Positions 28,267 to 38,827 of a stretch of DNA of 64,000 bases are shown here, piece by piece. The position numbers and the translations under genes were made by a program. The stretch comes from Limisphaerales bacterium (GTDB taxonomy: Bacteria > Verrucomicrobiota > Verrucomicrobiia > Limisphaerales > SIBE01): the NCBI GenBank assembly GCA_044225505.1, contig JBGAIN010000002.1, positions 62,001 to 126,000 on the forward strand, given 5' to 3'. Below the pieces are notes generated by a model, which worked only from the letters and a program-made list of their open reading frames with translations, searched no databases and was not told the origin of the DNA. Position 1 is the stretch's first letter; the number at the start of each line of letters is the position of its first letter.

Positions 28267-29280
28267 TTAAGAAGTAACGCGTGACTTGCCTTCGCGATGT
28301 TCTTTGAGGAGTTGAATATCCGCGTCGACCATAAGCCGGATCAGGTCGGCGAACTTCGTCTTCGGCTCCCAGCCAAGCTTTCGTTTGGCCTTGCTGTAAT
28401 CGCCAATGAGCAAATCGACTTCGGTCGGGCGGTGATAGCGCGGATCGTTCTCCACGTATTTCTGCCAGTCTAACCCGGCGTGGCTGAATGCCACTTCTAG
28501 ACACTCGCGAATAGAATGGGTTTCGTTCGTGGCGATGACGTAATCATCCGGCTGCTCCTGCTGCAGCATCAGCCACATCGCTTCCACATATTCCTTGGCG
28601 TACCCCCAGTCCCGTTTGGCATCCAGATTGCCCAAGAACAACTTCTGTTGCAGGCCAGCTCGAATGTGCGCGACGGCTCGAGTGATCTTTCGCGTGACGA
28701 ACGTTTCCCCACGCCGAGGGGATTCATGATTGAAGAGAATGCCGTTGCTCGCGTGTAATCCGTACGCTTCACGATAATTGACCGTGATCCAGTATGAGAA
28801 GACTTTCGCACAGGCATAGGGGCTGCGCGGATAGAACGGGGTTTCTTCCGTCTGCGGCACGGCCTGAACTTTGCCGTACATTTCACTGGATGAAGCTTGG
28901 TAAAAACGCGGGCGGATTCCGGACTCGCGAATCGCTTCTAGCAGCCGAACGGTGCCGACCCCGGTGATATCGCTGCTGTATTCGGGCGTGTCAAAGCTAA
29001 CGCGGACATGACTTTGGGCAGCCAAGTTATAGATTTCTTCCGGTTGAATCTGACCAATTAACCGAGCCAGCGCGCTGGCATCGCTCAAGTCACCATAATG
29101 GAGCGTTAGCTTGGTGCGAGCGCCGTGGGGGTCCGAATAGATTGGGTCCAACCGGCCGGTATTAAACGTGCTAGCCCGGCGAATAATGCCGTGCACTTCG
29201 TAGCCTTTGGTCAGCAACAATTCCGCGAGATAAGATCCGTCTTGGCCTGTGATTCCGGTGATCAGAGCTTTTTTGCCCAT
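28267..29280 (-). CDS. gmd: GDP-mannose 4,6-dehydratase
   Basis: [78 protein letters not shown]. Confidence 0.96.
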   Translation of the reverse strand: MGKKALITGITGQDGSYLAELLLTKGYEVHGIIRRASTFNTGRLDPIYSDPHGARTKLTLHYGDLSDASALARLIGQIQPEEIYNLAAQSHVRVSFDTPEYSSDITGVGTVRLLEAIRESGIRPRFYQASSSEMYGKVQAVPQTEETPFYPRSPYACAKVFSYWITVNYREAYGLHASNGILFNHESPRRGETFVTRKITRAVAHIRAGLQQKLFLGNLDAKRDWGYAKEYVEAMWLMLQQEQPDDYVIATNETHSIRECLEVAFSHAGLDWQKYVENDPRYHRPTEVDLLIGDYSKAKRKLGWEPKTKFADLIRLMVDADIQLLKEHREGKSRVTS

Positions 29281-29580
29281 AAGCAGGCTGGAGCGTGCCC
29301 GCTACCGCGCTAGCTGGCAAGAACTTGTTGACGGACGGGCGGCTGGTATAGAATTGCGGTAAATGGGCTAAGCGCTGCGGCTGTCCTGTCAGAACCGCCC
29401 GAGACGGCGCCTCGGAGCGCCAGTTTTCATTGCTAGACAAGATTACCAGGCGGACTACCAGGCTTACAGGCGGGCGATCCGATCTCCCCCCCCCTGCATA
29501 GCAGTTCCTTGGCAGCCGATCTGCCTCTTCAAGAAAGTCTCGAAGCCTGAAACGTTTACGCGTGTCGAGTGGCCCGGACT

Positions 29581-29796
29581 TTATTCCGCACTGAAGCTAA
29601 ATTCGCGTTCAACCCGGTTGTCCCGGTTGTATACGATTACCCGGGCACCAGGGCCAACTTTAGCAAGCCGCTTCGCCATCAGAATCGCCTCGGACTGCGA
29701 TCGTCGGACGATATGCGGTCGGCGAAATCCATCGCGTAAGACCTGCCAGGATTCGTCGTTTCGTCGTAGGACGTAATAGATTCTTCTCTCCAACAT
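29581..29796 (-). CDS. DUF2188-like small protein
   Basis: YYV....W.V.RDG.......SQSEAILMAKRLAK......VIVYNRDNRVERE pattern; GAGG upstream. Confidence 0.7.
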   Translation of the reverse strand: MLERRIYYVLRRNDESWQVLRDGFRRPHIVRRSQSEAILMAKRLAKVGPGARVIVYNRDNRVEREFSFSAE

Positions 29797-29932
29797 GGCC
29801 TCAGCCCTTCCTTACTATAGAAGCATAACTTCCTGGAAATGGCTATCAGGGGGGTCCGCGAAACAAAGCTCAGGGTTTTATGGCGGCAATGCCTCTGACT
29901 AAGGAACCGCCGACTCTGGCTCAAGCCACGCC

Positions 29933-31960
29933 TCAAAGACTGGAACGTAGACTGTCAAAAAAGCTTTTCCCCGTGGTCACGCTCACAGGCTGACGCGATT
30001 TCTCATTCACCGATTCTAAGAATTCTCCTGGAAGTTCCGCGAGAAACGGAGAGGGATGACAGTGGATCATGTCGCCATACTTTTTGCGACCGAAGCAATA
30101 GCTGATGAAGAGCGTTTGCATTGCCCGAGTCATCGCCACGTAAAAGAGTCGCCGTTCCTCGTCCAACGTCCCTTCGACCTTGGAGCGGGAATGTGGCAAC
30201 AGCCCATCTTCCAGACCGACGATGTAAACGTGAGGGAATTCCAGACCTTTACAGCTGTGCATGGTGATCAAAGTCACGGTTTCGTCTTTCCGTTCCTTCT
30301 CTTCGGCCCGGTCTTCGTCCAAGGTGAGATCTTCGAGAAAATCCTGGAGACGTTGTGCAGCGGCACCTCCCGTTGCTTCGGTGCCAGTCAGGGTCGCGAT
30401 TAAGTCGCGCAAGTTCCGAATCCGCGCCTCCGCGGTCTCGGGGTTCTTTTCCGAACGGCGTAAATCATCCAGATAACCGACTTCCGCCAAGAACTGCTCG
30501 GCCCAAACAGAAAGGCAAAGAGGCTCCGGCGTGGATAACGGCGCTCGGATGCGGTTGACGAGTTCAATGAAACTCTCGATGCGCTCCCGAGCCGCGGTAG
30601 CGAAACTGATCTGAACGGAGGGATTTGCCATGGCTTCATAGACGGAGCATTTCCGCTCCTGGCTGGCCGCCAGCAACCGTTCCATCGTGACATCGCTCAA
30701 CCCGCGGGACGGCACATTCACGACACGAAGCAAACTGACATCATCCTTGGGATTTAGGAAAAGCTTCAGGTAAGCAATGAAGTCTTTCACTTCGCGCCGA
30801 TCGAAGAAGCTTTGGCCGCCGATCAAGTGATAGCGCACGCCCGCCTGGCGCAATGCCGTTTCCAGCGGCCGGGCCTGTAAATTGGTGCGAAATAGAATCG
30901 CCTGCGCAGACCAGGGAACCCGCTCGATCTGGCGCCGATACTCGATCTGCTCGACCACCGCGCGCGCTTCAGCTTCGTCATCAGGGAAGGTTTGGAGCAG
31001 AATTTTACTGCCGTTCCCTTTGTCGGACCAAAGCTGCTTGGGACGCCGGCGCACGTTGTTCTTGATCAGCGCATTTGCCGCCGCGAGGATCGTGTTCGTG
31101 GACCGGTAATTCTGCTCAAGCTTGACGATTTTGACTTCTGGAAAGTGCTTTTCTAAGTCCAATAGATTGGCAATCTCCGCACCGCGCCAGCCATAGATGC
31201 TCTGGTCGTCGTCGCCGACCACGCAAAGATTGCGATGCGCCTGAGTGAGAAGATAAACGAGTTTGAACTGGGCCGCGTTGGTGTCTTGATACTCATCAAC
31301 CATGACGTAGCGATAGCGAGCGCGGCACGCTTCCAACGTGTCCGCGTGCTCCTCAAATAGCCGGAGAGTCAACAAGAGGAGGTCATCGAAATCGACGGCG
31401 TTGCACGCGCGAAGCGTCGATTCATAACGAGAACGCAAATGCTCCGCCATAGCCACTGAACTGGGATCTTCCCAGCCACGGCCGTTCGAACCCGCGTTCT
31501 TGAATCGGCTGAGCAGCGACAACATCACTTTCGGATCGGTCTTTTCGCCTTTGGCGGAAATATGGCTGAGCACCTTCTTGATCGCGCTCAGTTGCTCACT
31601 TTCACTGTAAATGACGAAGTTCCGCTTGTAGCCGAGCTTTTCAATGTGCTGACGCAGAATTCGGACGCAAAGCGAATGGAAGGTGCAAATGGTCGGCCGT
31701 TCGCGGGCCGGTTCAGCCGCCTTGGTCCGAACACGTGGCAGCAACGACACCACACGTTGCTGCATCTCGCGCGCCGCCTTGTTCGTGAATGTGACCGCCA
31801 GAATATTTCCCGGCGACACCCCTTTCTCCACCAAATACGCGATTCGGTGCGTGATGACCCGCGTCTTCCCTGTGCCCGCTCCCGCCAAAATCAAGACCGG
31901 ACCTTCGGTCGTTTGCACCGCTTGGCGCTGCTCGGGATTCACTGAACTGAGGTTCACCAT
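29933..31960 (-). CDS. UvrD/Rep/PcrA family DNA helicase
   Basis: NPEQ, LAGAGTGKTRVIT, VTFTNKAAREM, VDEYQDTN, VGDDDQSIYGWRGA, LEQNYRST, TMHSCKGLEF, EERRLFYVAMTRA. No C-terminal Tudor tail (Rep-like). Confidence 0.93.
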   Translation of the reverse strand: MVNLSSVNPEQRQAVQTTEGPVLILAGAGTGKTRVITHRIAYLVEKGVSPGNILAVTFTNKAAREMQQRVVSLLPRVRTKAAEPARERPTICTFHSLCVRILRQHIEKLGYKRNFVIYSESEQLSAIKKVLSHISAKGEKTDPKVMLSLLSRFKNAGSNGRGWEDPSSVAMAEHLRSRYESTLRACNAVDFDDLLLLTLRLFEEHADTLEACRARYRYVMVDEYQDTNAAQFKLVYLLTQAHRNLCVVGDDDQSIYGWRGAEIANLLDLEKHFPEVKIVKLEQNYRSTNTILAAANALIKNNVRRRPKQLWSDKGNGSKILLQTFPDDEAEARAVVEQIEYRRQIERVPWSAQAILFRTNLQARPLETALRQAGVRYHLIGGQSFFDRREVKDFIAYLKLFLNPKDDVSLLRVVNVPSRGLSDVTMERLLAASQERKCSVYEAMANPSVQISFATAARERIESFIELVNRIRAPLSTPEPLCLSVWAEQFLAEVGYLDDLRRSEKNPETAEARIRNLRDLIATLTGTEATGGAAAQRLQDFLEDLTLDEDRAEEKERKDETVTLITMHSCKGLEFPHVYIVGLEDGLLPHSRSKVEGTLDEERRLFYVAMTRAMQTLFISYCFGRKKYGDMIHCHPSPFLAELPGEFLESVNEKSRQPVSVTTGKSFFDSLRSSL

Positions 31961-32090
31961 GCGGCGGCGGAGTGTAGAGCCCCACCGACCCAACGCAAGC
32001 AGAACTCGGCGATTGAAATCGGCAACGAATGCTATTGGACCCAGGGGTCACCCGGCACCGTTCGACCCCGATCGTCTCCCTGGCAAAAAC

Positions 32091-32690
32091 TCAAGAGGAA
32101 GACTCCGGTGCTAACGAGGAGCCATTCCCATTTGAGTCTGGGGTTTCCCCCGTCATCTTCCGCAGATCTTCGGCCAGGAACTGCGTCACATCCCGGAATT
32201 TAGTGACGTTTTCCGGATTCAGATCCATCAGAAGCCGGTGCGCGTCCAAACAGGTTTGGGAGAGCTCCTGGCGGCTAGGCGAAGCTGTCGGAGCAGTGAC
32301 CATCGTTGCCGGTGCTGGGCCGTCGCATTGCAGCGTCTCAAACAGATCAGAAATTCCCAGGTTATCCAAAAGATCCGAGACGCGCTGATTTGGATTGAGT
32401 AGCTTTAATCGGGATGCGACAGGAGCCGCCGTGGCTGGACTGATGGCAGACTCGGATGTGACCGGATCTGAAAGGCGAATTGCGGTGCCAGCCAGGACGC
32501 CCAGGAACGTGCTATCCATCGTCACGCATTCGCTCAGGTCCAGCAGGAAATTGTGAAATCCGCGGTGGCGCAACTCGCCGACCAAGCGTTTGAAACTCAC
32601 GCTTGTCGTAAAGTTGGCGCGACCCACGACCTTCACGACGGCCGAATGGTCGGAGACGGCCACAAGAAGGGATGGCATCGTATTTGTCAT
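32091..32690 (-). CDS. STAS-domain anti-sigma-factor antagonist
   Basis: LDLSECVTMDSTFLGVL (phosphorylatable Ser), LLDNLGI, AHRLLMDLNPENVTKFRDV. Confidence 0.85.
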   Translation of the reverse strand: MTNTMPSLLVAVSDHSAVVKVVGRANFTTSVSFKRLVGELRHRGFHNFLLDLSECVTMDSTFLGVLAGTAIRLSDPVTSESAISPATAAPVASRLKLLNPNQRVSDLLDNLGISDLFETLQCDGPAPATMVTAPTASPSRQELSQTCLDAHRLLMDLNPENVTKFRDVTQFLAEDLRKMTGETPDSNGNGSSLAPESSS

Positions 32691-32763
32691 CGATCGTCCT
32701 TTTCCCGCGCAGCAGGCTTACCATTCCGCGCCCCGGGGGGCGCAGCAGCTCCAGCTGCCCGCA

Positions 32764-33909
32764 TTAAGTTACCCGCGCTGCTTCATTACGGCTAATGATT
32801 TTTGCGAAGGTCTGCTGCAACACGGACGCGGGGTCCAAACTCCGAAAAACGAGTGCTTGGTTGCACTCCAAAAGCAAATCCATCGCTCGAGTCAGCTCTT
32901 CCAGGGCATACTGTTTGGCATGCGCCAACGCCTTAAACAATACATATGGATTCATAGCCAGTGGATTAAACCGACGGTCTTCGGGCAGCGCCTCGGCCGG
33001 CACGCGTTCGAGCTGGCTCTTGAAGCGATTGTAATCTCCGTCTGCGCTCACCCATCCTTCTCGGATCATTTCCTTAAGAAAGATCATCGTCCTCACTTTG
33101 CTAATAATCCCGTAAAGCACACCAATCTCTGACTTTTGACTATCACGCTTCATTTCCCAAAGTTCTTCATCCAGGATCCGCAAAAACCGGGTCAAGTTCC
33201 GCTCTCCCAGAGCGTCTCCCAGCGCAAAGGCGCGACTCTGTTTATTCCGCGTGGCAATCGTGTCAACGTCGGCCATCTCAATGCGCGCTCGGTCGCCGAC
33301 ATAAGTGACGATCTTTTCCGTCTCACTGTGTAACTGCCGAGAGTTGGGTCCGACGCACGCCACCAATTTGGAAAGCGCCTCTGGGGAAATCTCCTTCTTC
33401 AGCTTCTTGACTTCCTTCCGGACCATCTCCTCGGCGGCGCCCGCCCAATCACGATCATCCACAGACCAACCCGCGAAGGTCTCGACCGCGCCAATCTTCT
33501 CCAGTGTTTTGTAGAAAGTTTTGCGTTTGTCGACCTTGCCCGCGCTGATCAAAAGCCGCACCCCTTGCCATGAGAAAGCCTTCAGCTCCTGCGCTAAAGC
33601 GCCAAGGTTTTCCGTAACTGCCTGCGTGCTCGCGGTTCGCTCATCACCCAAGAAGCTGCAGTTTTGGAACCAAACGACCTTGCCACTGCCGAAAAACGGG
33701 AGCGTTTGGAGGGCTTCCCGGAGTCTTGCCAACGCTTGGAGAGCGTCACCGCTATGAGTCACGCTCGCGTCGATGACCTCGTGATCCAAGCCAGGCCATT
33801 CGGTGCACCAAGCGTCATAAAGCGCCCGAGCCCGATGTTTGACGGCGAACTCATCCTCGCCACACACCAGCACGACGGACTTGGCAGGGTCGGAAGACGG
33901 GGAGGGCAT
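32764..33909 (-). CDS. holA: DNA polymerase III delta subunit
   Basis: LVCGEDEFAV, LQTLPFFGSGKVV, KVDKRKTFYK, ETEKIVTYVG, FALGDALGER. Confidence 0.85.
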   Translation of the reverse strand: MPSPSSDPAKSVVLVCGEDEFAVKHRARALYDAWCTEWPGLDHEVIDASVTHSGDALQALARLREALQTLPFFGSGKVVWFQNCSFLGDERTASTQAVTENLGALAQELKAFSWQGVRLLISAGKVDKRKTFYKTLEKIGAVETFAGWSVDDRDWAGAAEEMVRKEVKKLKKEISPEALSKLVACVGPNSRQLHSETEKIVTYVGDRARIEMADVDTIATRNKQSRAFALGDALGERNLTRFLRILDEELWEMKRDSQKSEIGVLYGIISKVRTMIFLKEMIREGWVSADGDYNRFKSQLERVPAEALPEDRRFNPLAMNPYVLFKALAHAKQYALEELTRAMDLLLECNQALVFRSLDPASVLQQTFAKIISRNEAARVT

Positions 33910-34129
33910 ACCGCTGGAATCACTCGGGCGAGGCGGGTCTCACCAATCCGCACCGGCAGCCGCGCGGAACTACTTTATCCCGGACCGATCGGTTAGAGAG
34001 GCGAACATTCATGTCCTCGCAACGCTTGGCAAAATTCAGAATCTGTCCACTAAAATCCGCGCTTTCGTAAGGCTCCAGTCCGCAAGGAATCGCTTGGGAT
34101 CGTGACCTTCGCCATCTCTCAAAGAGCTC

Positions 34130-34588
34130 CTAGGTTGACTCCGACTCGCCGCCGTTCTCGTTGATGCGGTTTAGGATCTCGGTCATATCCTCGACTTCTT
34201 CGAAAAGGGAAGCTGAGACATAAATCGGCCGCTTTTGCGCCGTCGCCAAAGCCAGGCAGTCACTCGGTCGGGCATCAATCTCGACAATCTTGCGCCCGAG
34301 CTCATTCTGCTGTTGAAGGATGAGTCTCGCAAAATAGGTGGAATTCTTGAGTTCGGTAATCACCACGCGCTCCACGGAGATACTGAACCCCTTGAAAATA
34401 TTTGCGATCAGATCATGCGTCAGCGGACGTTCTTTGGGAGTATCCCGGAGGAACATGCCAATGATTGCCCCCATATTATGTTCCACCTGAATGACAAACA
34501 CCTTGTCATCATTGCCGACAAATATCGCGCAACCGCTGTTCGCCGGCAGGATTCCGCGAATTGAAATCGGCACCACATCTCTGTTCAT
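34130..34588 (-). CDS. Bifunctional nuclease family protein (DUF151)
   Basis: RPLTHDL, VVITELKNSTYFARL, IDARPSDCLALA. Confidence 0.9.
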   Translation of the reverse strand: MNRDVVPISIRGILPANSGCAIFVGNDDKVFVIQVEHNMGAIIGMFLRDTPKERPLTHDLIANIFKGFSISVERVVITELKNSTYFARLILQQQNELGRKIVEIDARPSDCLALATAQKRPIYVSASLFEEVEDMTEILNRINENGGESEST

Positions 34589-34705
34589 GGAAACACTTTA
34601 AGTGTCGAGCGCCAAAAAACAAGTCAATCGCAGCCCCTTCCAGCGGCGGCTAGAGCGACATTTCACCGTTGTCTTCGCGGCCGCCTCCCCTCTAGACTCT
34701 TGGCC

Positions 34706-35191
34706 GTGAACCTTGAGGAAAAAGTCCTCTCCCTGCCAGGCCTGGCCGAGTGGCGACAGCGCTTCCGTTCCACAGGTCAACGCTTGGTAGTCACGAACGG
34801 GTGTTTTGATCTGCTGCACCTCGGGCACGTCAGTTACCTCCAATCCGCTCGCGCTTATGGCGACGCCCTCCTTGTAGGAGTTAATGGCGATCAGTCCGTT
34901 CGCGAGCTCAAAGGCAACGCCCGCCCAATCAACTCCGAAACGGATCGAGCGCGGGTTCTCGCTGCCCTCCAAGCGGTCAGTGCCGTCTGCATCTTTCCCG
35001 AAAAGACAGCGACACGCTTTCTTTCCGAGGCGCAGCCCGACATTTATGTTAAAGGCGGAGATTACACTCTAAGTTCTCTCAACCAGGAAGAGCGTCACGC
35101 CGTGGAGTCTCACGGCGGAACCATCCGCATCATTCCGTTCGTTCCTGGCAAATCGACCAGCGCTCTGCTGGAGAAGATCTCTCGGCTTTAA
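34706..35191 (+). CDS. rfaE2: Heptose-1-phosphate adenylyltransferase (RfaE domain II / cytidylyltransferase family)
   Basis: TNGCFDLLHLGH, VGVNGDQSVRELKG..RPIN, PDIYVKGGDY, GKSTS. Confidence 0.9.
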   Translation: MNLEEKVLSLPGLAEWRQRFRSTGQRLVVTNGCFDLLHLGHVSYLQSARAYGDALLVGVNGDQSVRELKGNARPINSETDRARVLAALQAVSAVCIFPEKTATRFLSEAQPDIYVKGGDYTLSSLNQEERHAVESHGGTIRIIPFVPGKSTSALLEKISRL

Positions 35192-35288
35192 CCCTCCGTG
35201 CGGATCGTGGCGGCTGCATTTTTGTCCATGGCAGGGGTTGACGAACGGGAATCCATCTTCGATTAGTCGCCAAGTCCAGGAGAATTTC

Positions 35289-36613
35289 ATGAAGACCACC
35301 GAACTTGATCAAACGATCCGGTCCAAGATGGAACGTGCGGGCGTCCGCCCTCCGACGATTCACGCTAACTGCCCGGCCTCGAGCAATTCGCGGGGCAGGC
35401 TTCGGAAGCACAGTTGCAGCGCTTGGTGGTCATCAAACTTAACGGGGGTCTCGGCACGGGCATGGGGCTCGATCAGCCCAAGTCACTCATCCGCGTCAAA
35501 GGCGAGGACACCTTTCTGGATTTTATCGCACGCCAGGTCAGCGCGCTTCGGGGGACACGTCGCCAGCCGGCGTTTTATTTGATGAACAGTTTCGTCACTC
35601 AAGAAGCGTCCCTGACTTACCTACGCAAATATCCCGATCTGGCCGACGCGACTGGCTCGCTCGACTTCTTGCAGAGCATGGTCCCCAAGATCGATGCGAA
35701 GACGTACGAACCTGTCTCCTGGCCTTCCCAACCGGATCTTGAGTGGTGCCCGCCGGGTCACGGTGACCTTTACCCCGCATTACACGGTTGCGGGCTCCTG
35801 GAACGTCTCGTGCAATCGGGTGTCATTTACGCCTTCGTGTCGAACTCGGACAATTTAGGTGCAACCGTAGACTTGACTTTATTAAAGCACTTTGCCGACT
35901 CGGGTTGGTCTTTCCTGATGGAAGTGGCTGAACGGACTGCGGCCGACCGCAAGGGGGGACATCTCGCCCGCAACCGAGCAAACGGCCGATTACTTCTCCG
36001 AGAGTCGGCCCAATGCCCCAAAGCAGATGAAGCCCAATTTCAGGATATCTCACGCCATCGCTACTTTAACACCAACAACCTCTGGATCCGTTTGGATCAT
36101 TTGCAGCAGGCGCTCCTTCAAAACCAGGGCAGCTTACCCCTGCCCTTGATCACAAATGCCAAATCCGTGGATCCAAAGAACCCCGAATCGCCTCAGACAC
36201 TACAGTTGGAATCCGCGATGGGCGCGGCGATCGAATGTTTTGCACGGACCGGGGCCGTCGTAGTGCCACGCACCCGATTCTCTCCGGTAAAATCCACGGC
36301 GGATCTTCTGGCGCTCCGCTCCGATGCCTACTCGGTCACGCCAGATTCGCGCCTGGTCTTGGATCCTGCGCGACAAGGCCAGCCCCCCTTGATCGATCTG
36401 GACCCGCGCTATTATAAAGTCCTGGAGTCGTTCGATGCACTTTTCCCCGCGGGCCCCCCGTCGCTCCTGAAATGCCACTCGCTAAAGATCAGTGGTCCAG
36501 TCCGGTTTTCAGCTCAAGTCCGATGCGAAGGAACGGTGGAGCTGGTTACGTCGTCGGCCGACCCACGGCAACTCCCGGCGGGATTGTATGCCAACCAGAG
36601 GAGCGATCTGTAA
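35289..36613 (+). CDS. UTP--glucose-1-phosphate uridylyltransferase, eukaryote-type UDPGP family; frame break near 35365
   Basis: KLNGGLGTGMGL..PKS, WCPPGHGDLY, SNSDNLGA, DRKGGHLA, LRESAQ, FNTNNLW, RFSPVK. The N-terminus MKTTELDQTIRSKMERAG (ATG 35289) is in a different frame from the body (35369-36613). Confidence 0.85.
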
Positions 36614-36725
36614 GACTGTCCAAGGCGACCTGTCGAGTCGGCAAAAAGGCGATCCCTAGGGACTTGAGCGCGCGCTAAACCTCGTTCTGAACCCGAGATT
36701 TTTCAGACGCACTTTCAGCGAATGG

Positions 36726-37169
36726 TCAAACGATGGGGACCGTCCGCTGCTCTTCCCAGCGTCTTCCCAAAGTCAGCAACGACTTAGCGCTGAGCTGCTT
36801 CTCGGCCATTGGAAAAACAATTCGCTCTTCCTTGTCGAAATGTTTGCGAGAAAGCACGACCGCTTTTAGCAGACATCGCCGTGCCTCAGGAACTTGCTTC
36901 AGGGAGCGGACCCGCGCCAGATCTTCCTCGATCTCGTCGTGCTCGTCGTGGAAATTCTCGGCCTGGCCCATCTGCGAAATAGCCGCTTCTAAAGGTGCGA
37001 TCAGCAAGTGATCTTCCACTTGCGAATGGGTGCGTAGCATCGTCTCCAGGAGCGAGGATAAAACGCGAACTTCCGCCAAACTCTTAGCGCGGGGAACCGC
37101 TCGCTCGACGTAGTCGAATAGATTGTGGAAAACCACGTGCTCCGCGAGTAACGCTTCGGTAATCTTCAT
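36726..37169 (-). CDS. Hemerythrin (HHE) domain protein
   Basis: LLAEH, HSQVEDHLL, HDEHDEI, HFDKEERIVFPMAE. ATG at 37169. Confidence 0.85.
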   Translation of the reverse strand: MKITEALLAEHVVFHNLFDYVERAVPRAKSLAEVRVLSSLLETMLRTHSQVEDHLLIAPLEAAISQMGQAENFHDEHDEIEEDLARVRSLKQVPEARRCLLKAVVLSRKHFDKEERIVFPMAEKQLSAKSLLTLGRRWEEQRTVPIV

Positions 37170-37252
37170 AAACGCAGTGACAGCGCCGAGCATGCCTGCA
37201 AAAAGCCCGTCCCGCAACGCAATAGCAGCACGCCTTCGTGACGACCGGCACG

Positions 37253-38527
37253 TCACACTTTCCATCCCCCACGCACTCGCTGACTCACCAGGCTATCCGC
37301 CTTGGGATCATCGATAAAGCGCTGCGTCTGCCGGTCAAAGTGCAAGACCCGCCGCGTTTGGACACCAATCTTAGCCAAATTCACCAAAGTACACGACCGA
37401 TGCCCGTTCAGTTCGTTCAGAGCAAACTTCTGTCGAGTTTTAACCGCTTTCAAAAAATCGGTCACTGGCACTTCGGGTTCAGGCAGTCGCGCTACCTTTG
37501 CTTCAAAGTCCGGAATATCCGACTCAAATCCGCGAAAGATCTTCCCTGCAGGACCGGACAAAAAAGCGGCGCTGCGATCTTTGTTTTGGCCATCCAACAC
37601 GATGTCACACCCGTCCGCGTACCTGAGCCAGATCCGTCTCCAGGTCCCAACCGCGTCCGTGTCCTGCGGCGGAGCGTCCGCTTCAATCTCGACTGGGCTT
37701 TCGTTATCTTTTCCCAGGATGTACTGCACAGGATCCAAATAATGCTGTCCCATATCGCCTAATCCTCCTCCGTCATAGTCCCAATAGCCCCGAAAGGTCG
37801 TATGGACCCGGTGCGGATGGTACGGTTTGAAGGGCGCCGGCCCTAACCACAGGTTGTAGTCCAACTCGGGAGGGACAGGTTGGGGCGTCAGATCCGTTCG
37901 CCCTACCCAACGGAACTTCCAATCAAATCCCGTAGAAGCGTTAAGCGTAACTTTGATCGGCCAGCCGAGCAGCCCATGCTGCACCGCCTTTTTCAAGGGT
38001 CGAACACAAGTTCCCATCCCATAAAAGGGACCTTCAAATCGAAACCAAGTGTTGAGTCGGAAGATCCGGTTGTGTCGGGCCACAGCGGCCACAACCTTTT
38101 CGCCTTCACTGATCGTCCGAGTCATAGGCTTCTCGCACCAGATATCTTTTCCGGCGGCAGCCGCGGCGCACGCAAGGATGGCGTGCCAGTGCGGAGGAGT
38201 CGCGATGTGCACGATGTCAATCTCCTTCCGCGCGAGCAGCTCGCGAAAGTCTTTGTATCCCTTTACGTCCGCACCGCCAAGGCGCACCCCGTCGTTCAAA
38301 TGACGCTCGTCCACGTCACAGACCGCGAGCAGCTTCGCTTTCGTGTTTAACGAAGAGACATGCCCACGCCCCATACCTCCAATCCCGATGACCGCGCGGG
38401 TGGGAGTTTCGCTAGGGGTGAGATGTCCGGAGCCTCCCAAGAGATACCTAGGCACAAGTTGAATTCCAGCCAGGGCGGCAAACGATCCAGCAATAAATTG
38501 GCGGCGTGTAAAAATCTTTCTCTTCAT
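37253..38527 (-). CDS. Gfo/Idh/MocA oxidoreductase, Tat signal
   Basis: TRRQFI, IGIGGMG, ATPPHWH, CEKP, WLGPAP, DMGQHYLD. Confidence 0.9.
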   Translation of the reverse strand: MKRKIFTRRQFIAGSFAALAGIQLVPRYLLGGSGHLTPSETPTRAVIGIGGMGRGHVSSLNTKAKLLAVCDVDERHLNDGVRLGGADVKGYKDFRELLARKEIDIVHIATPPHWHAILACAAAAAGKDIWCEKPMTRTISEGEKVVAAVARHNRIFRLNTWFRFEGPFYGMGTCVRPLKKAVQHGLLGWPIKVTLNASTGFDWKFRWVGRTDLTPQPVPPELDYNLWLGPAPFKPYHPHRVHTTFRGYWDYDGGGLGDMGQHYLDPVQYILGKDNESPVEIEADAPPQDTDAVGTWRRIWLRYADGCDIVLDGQNKDRSAAFLSGPAGKIFRGFESDIPDFEAKVARLPEPEVPVTDFLKAVKTRQKFALNELNGHRSCTLVNLAKIGVQTRRVLHFDRQTQRFIDDPKADSLVSQRVRGGWKV

Positions 38528-38827
38528 TCGCGACAATAGAGCCCGAGGCAAAGTCATACCTGACACCCGAGTCTCGAGAATGAATTGGCAATTCCCGATC
38601 GCTCACCAGGCAGCCTCCCTTACCGAGCACTATCACTTTGCCCGAAGACCTTTTCAGGTCAAGCAGCCGCACGAAGCGACTGGGCAAACAAGGAAGTTCC
38701 GAGGTGCATATCTATTGGCCAGGGGTTGCCAAAGATAAAGCTTCGGACGCACGATCGGCGTCCAAGCTGAGGACTCGGACGCCGACAAGAAGCTCACTCG
38801 CCCGCTTAACGAGCAAACGCAGCGCGG

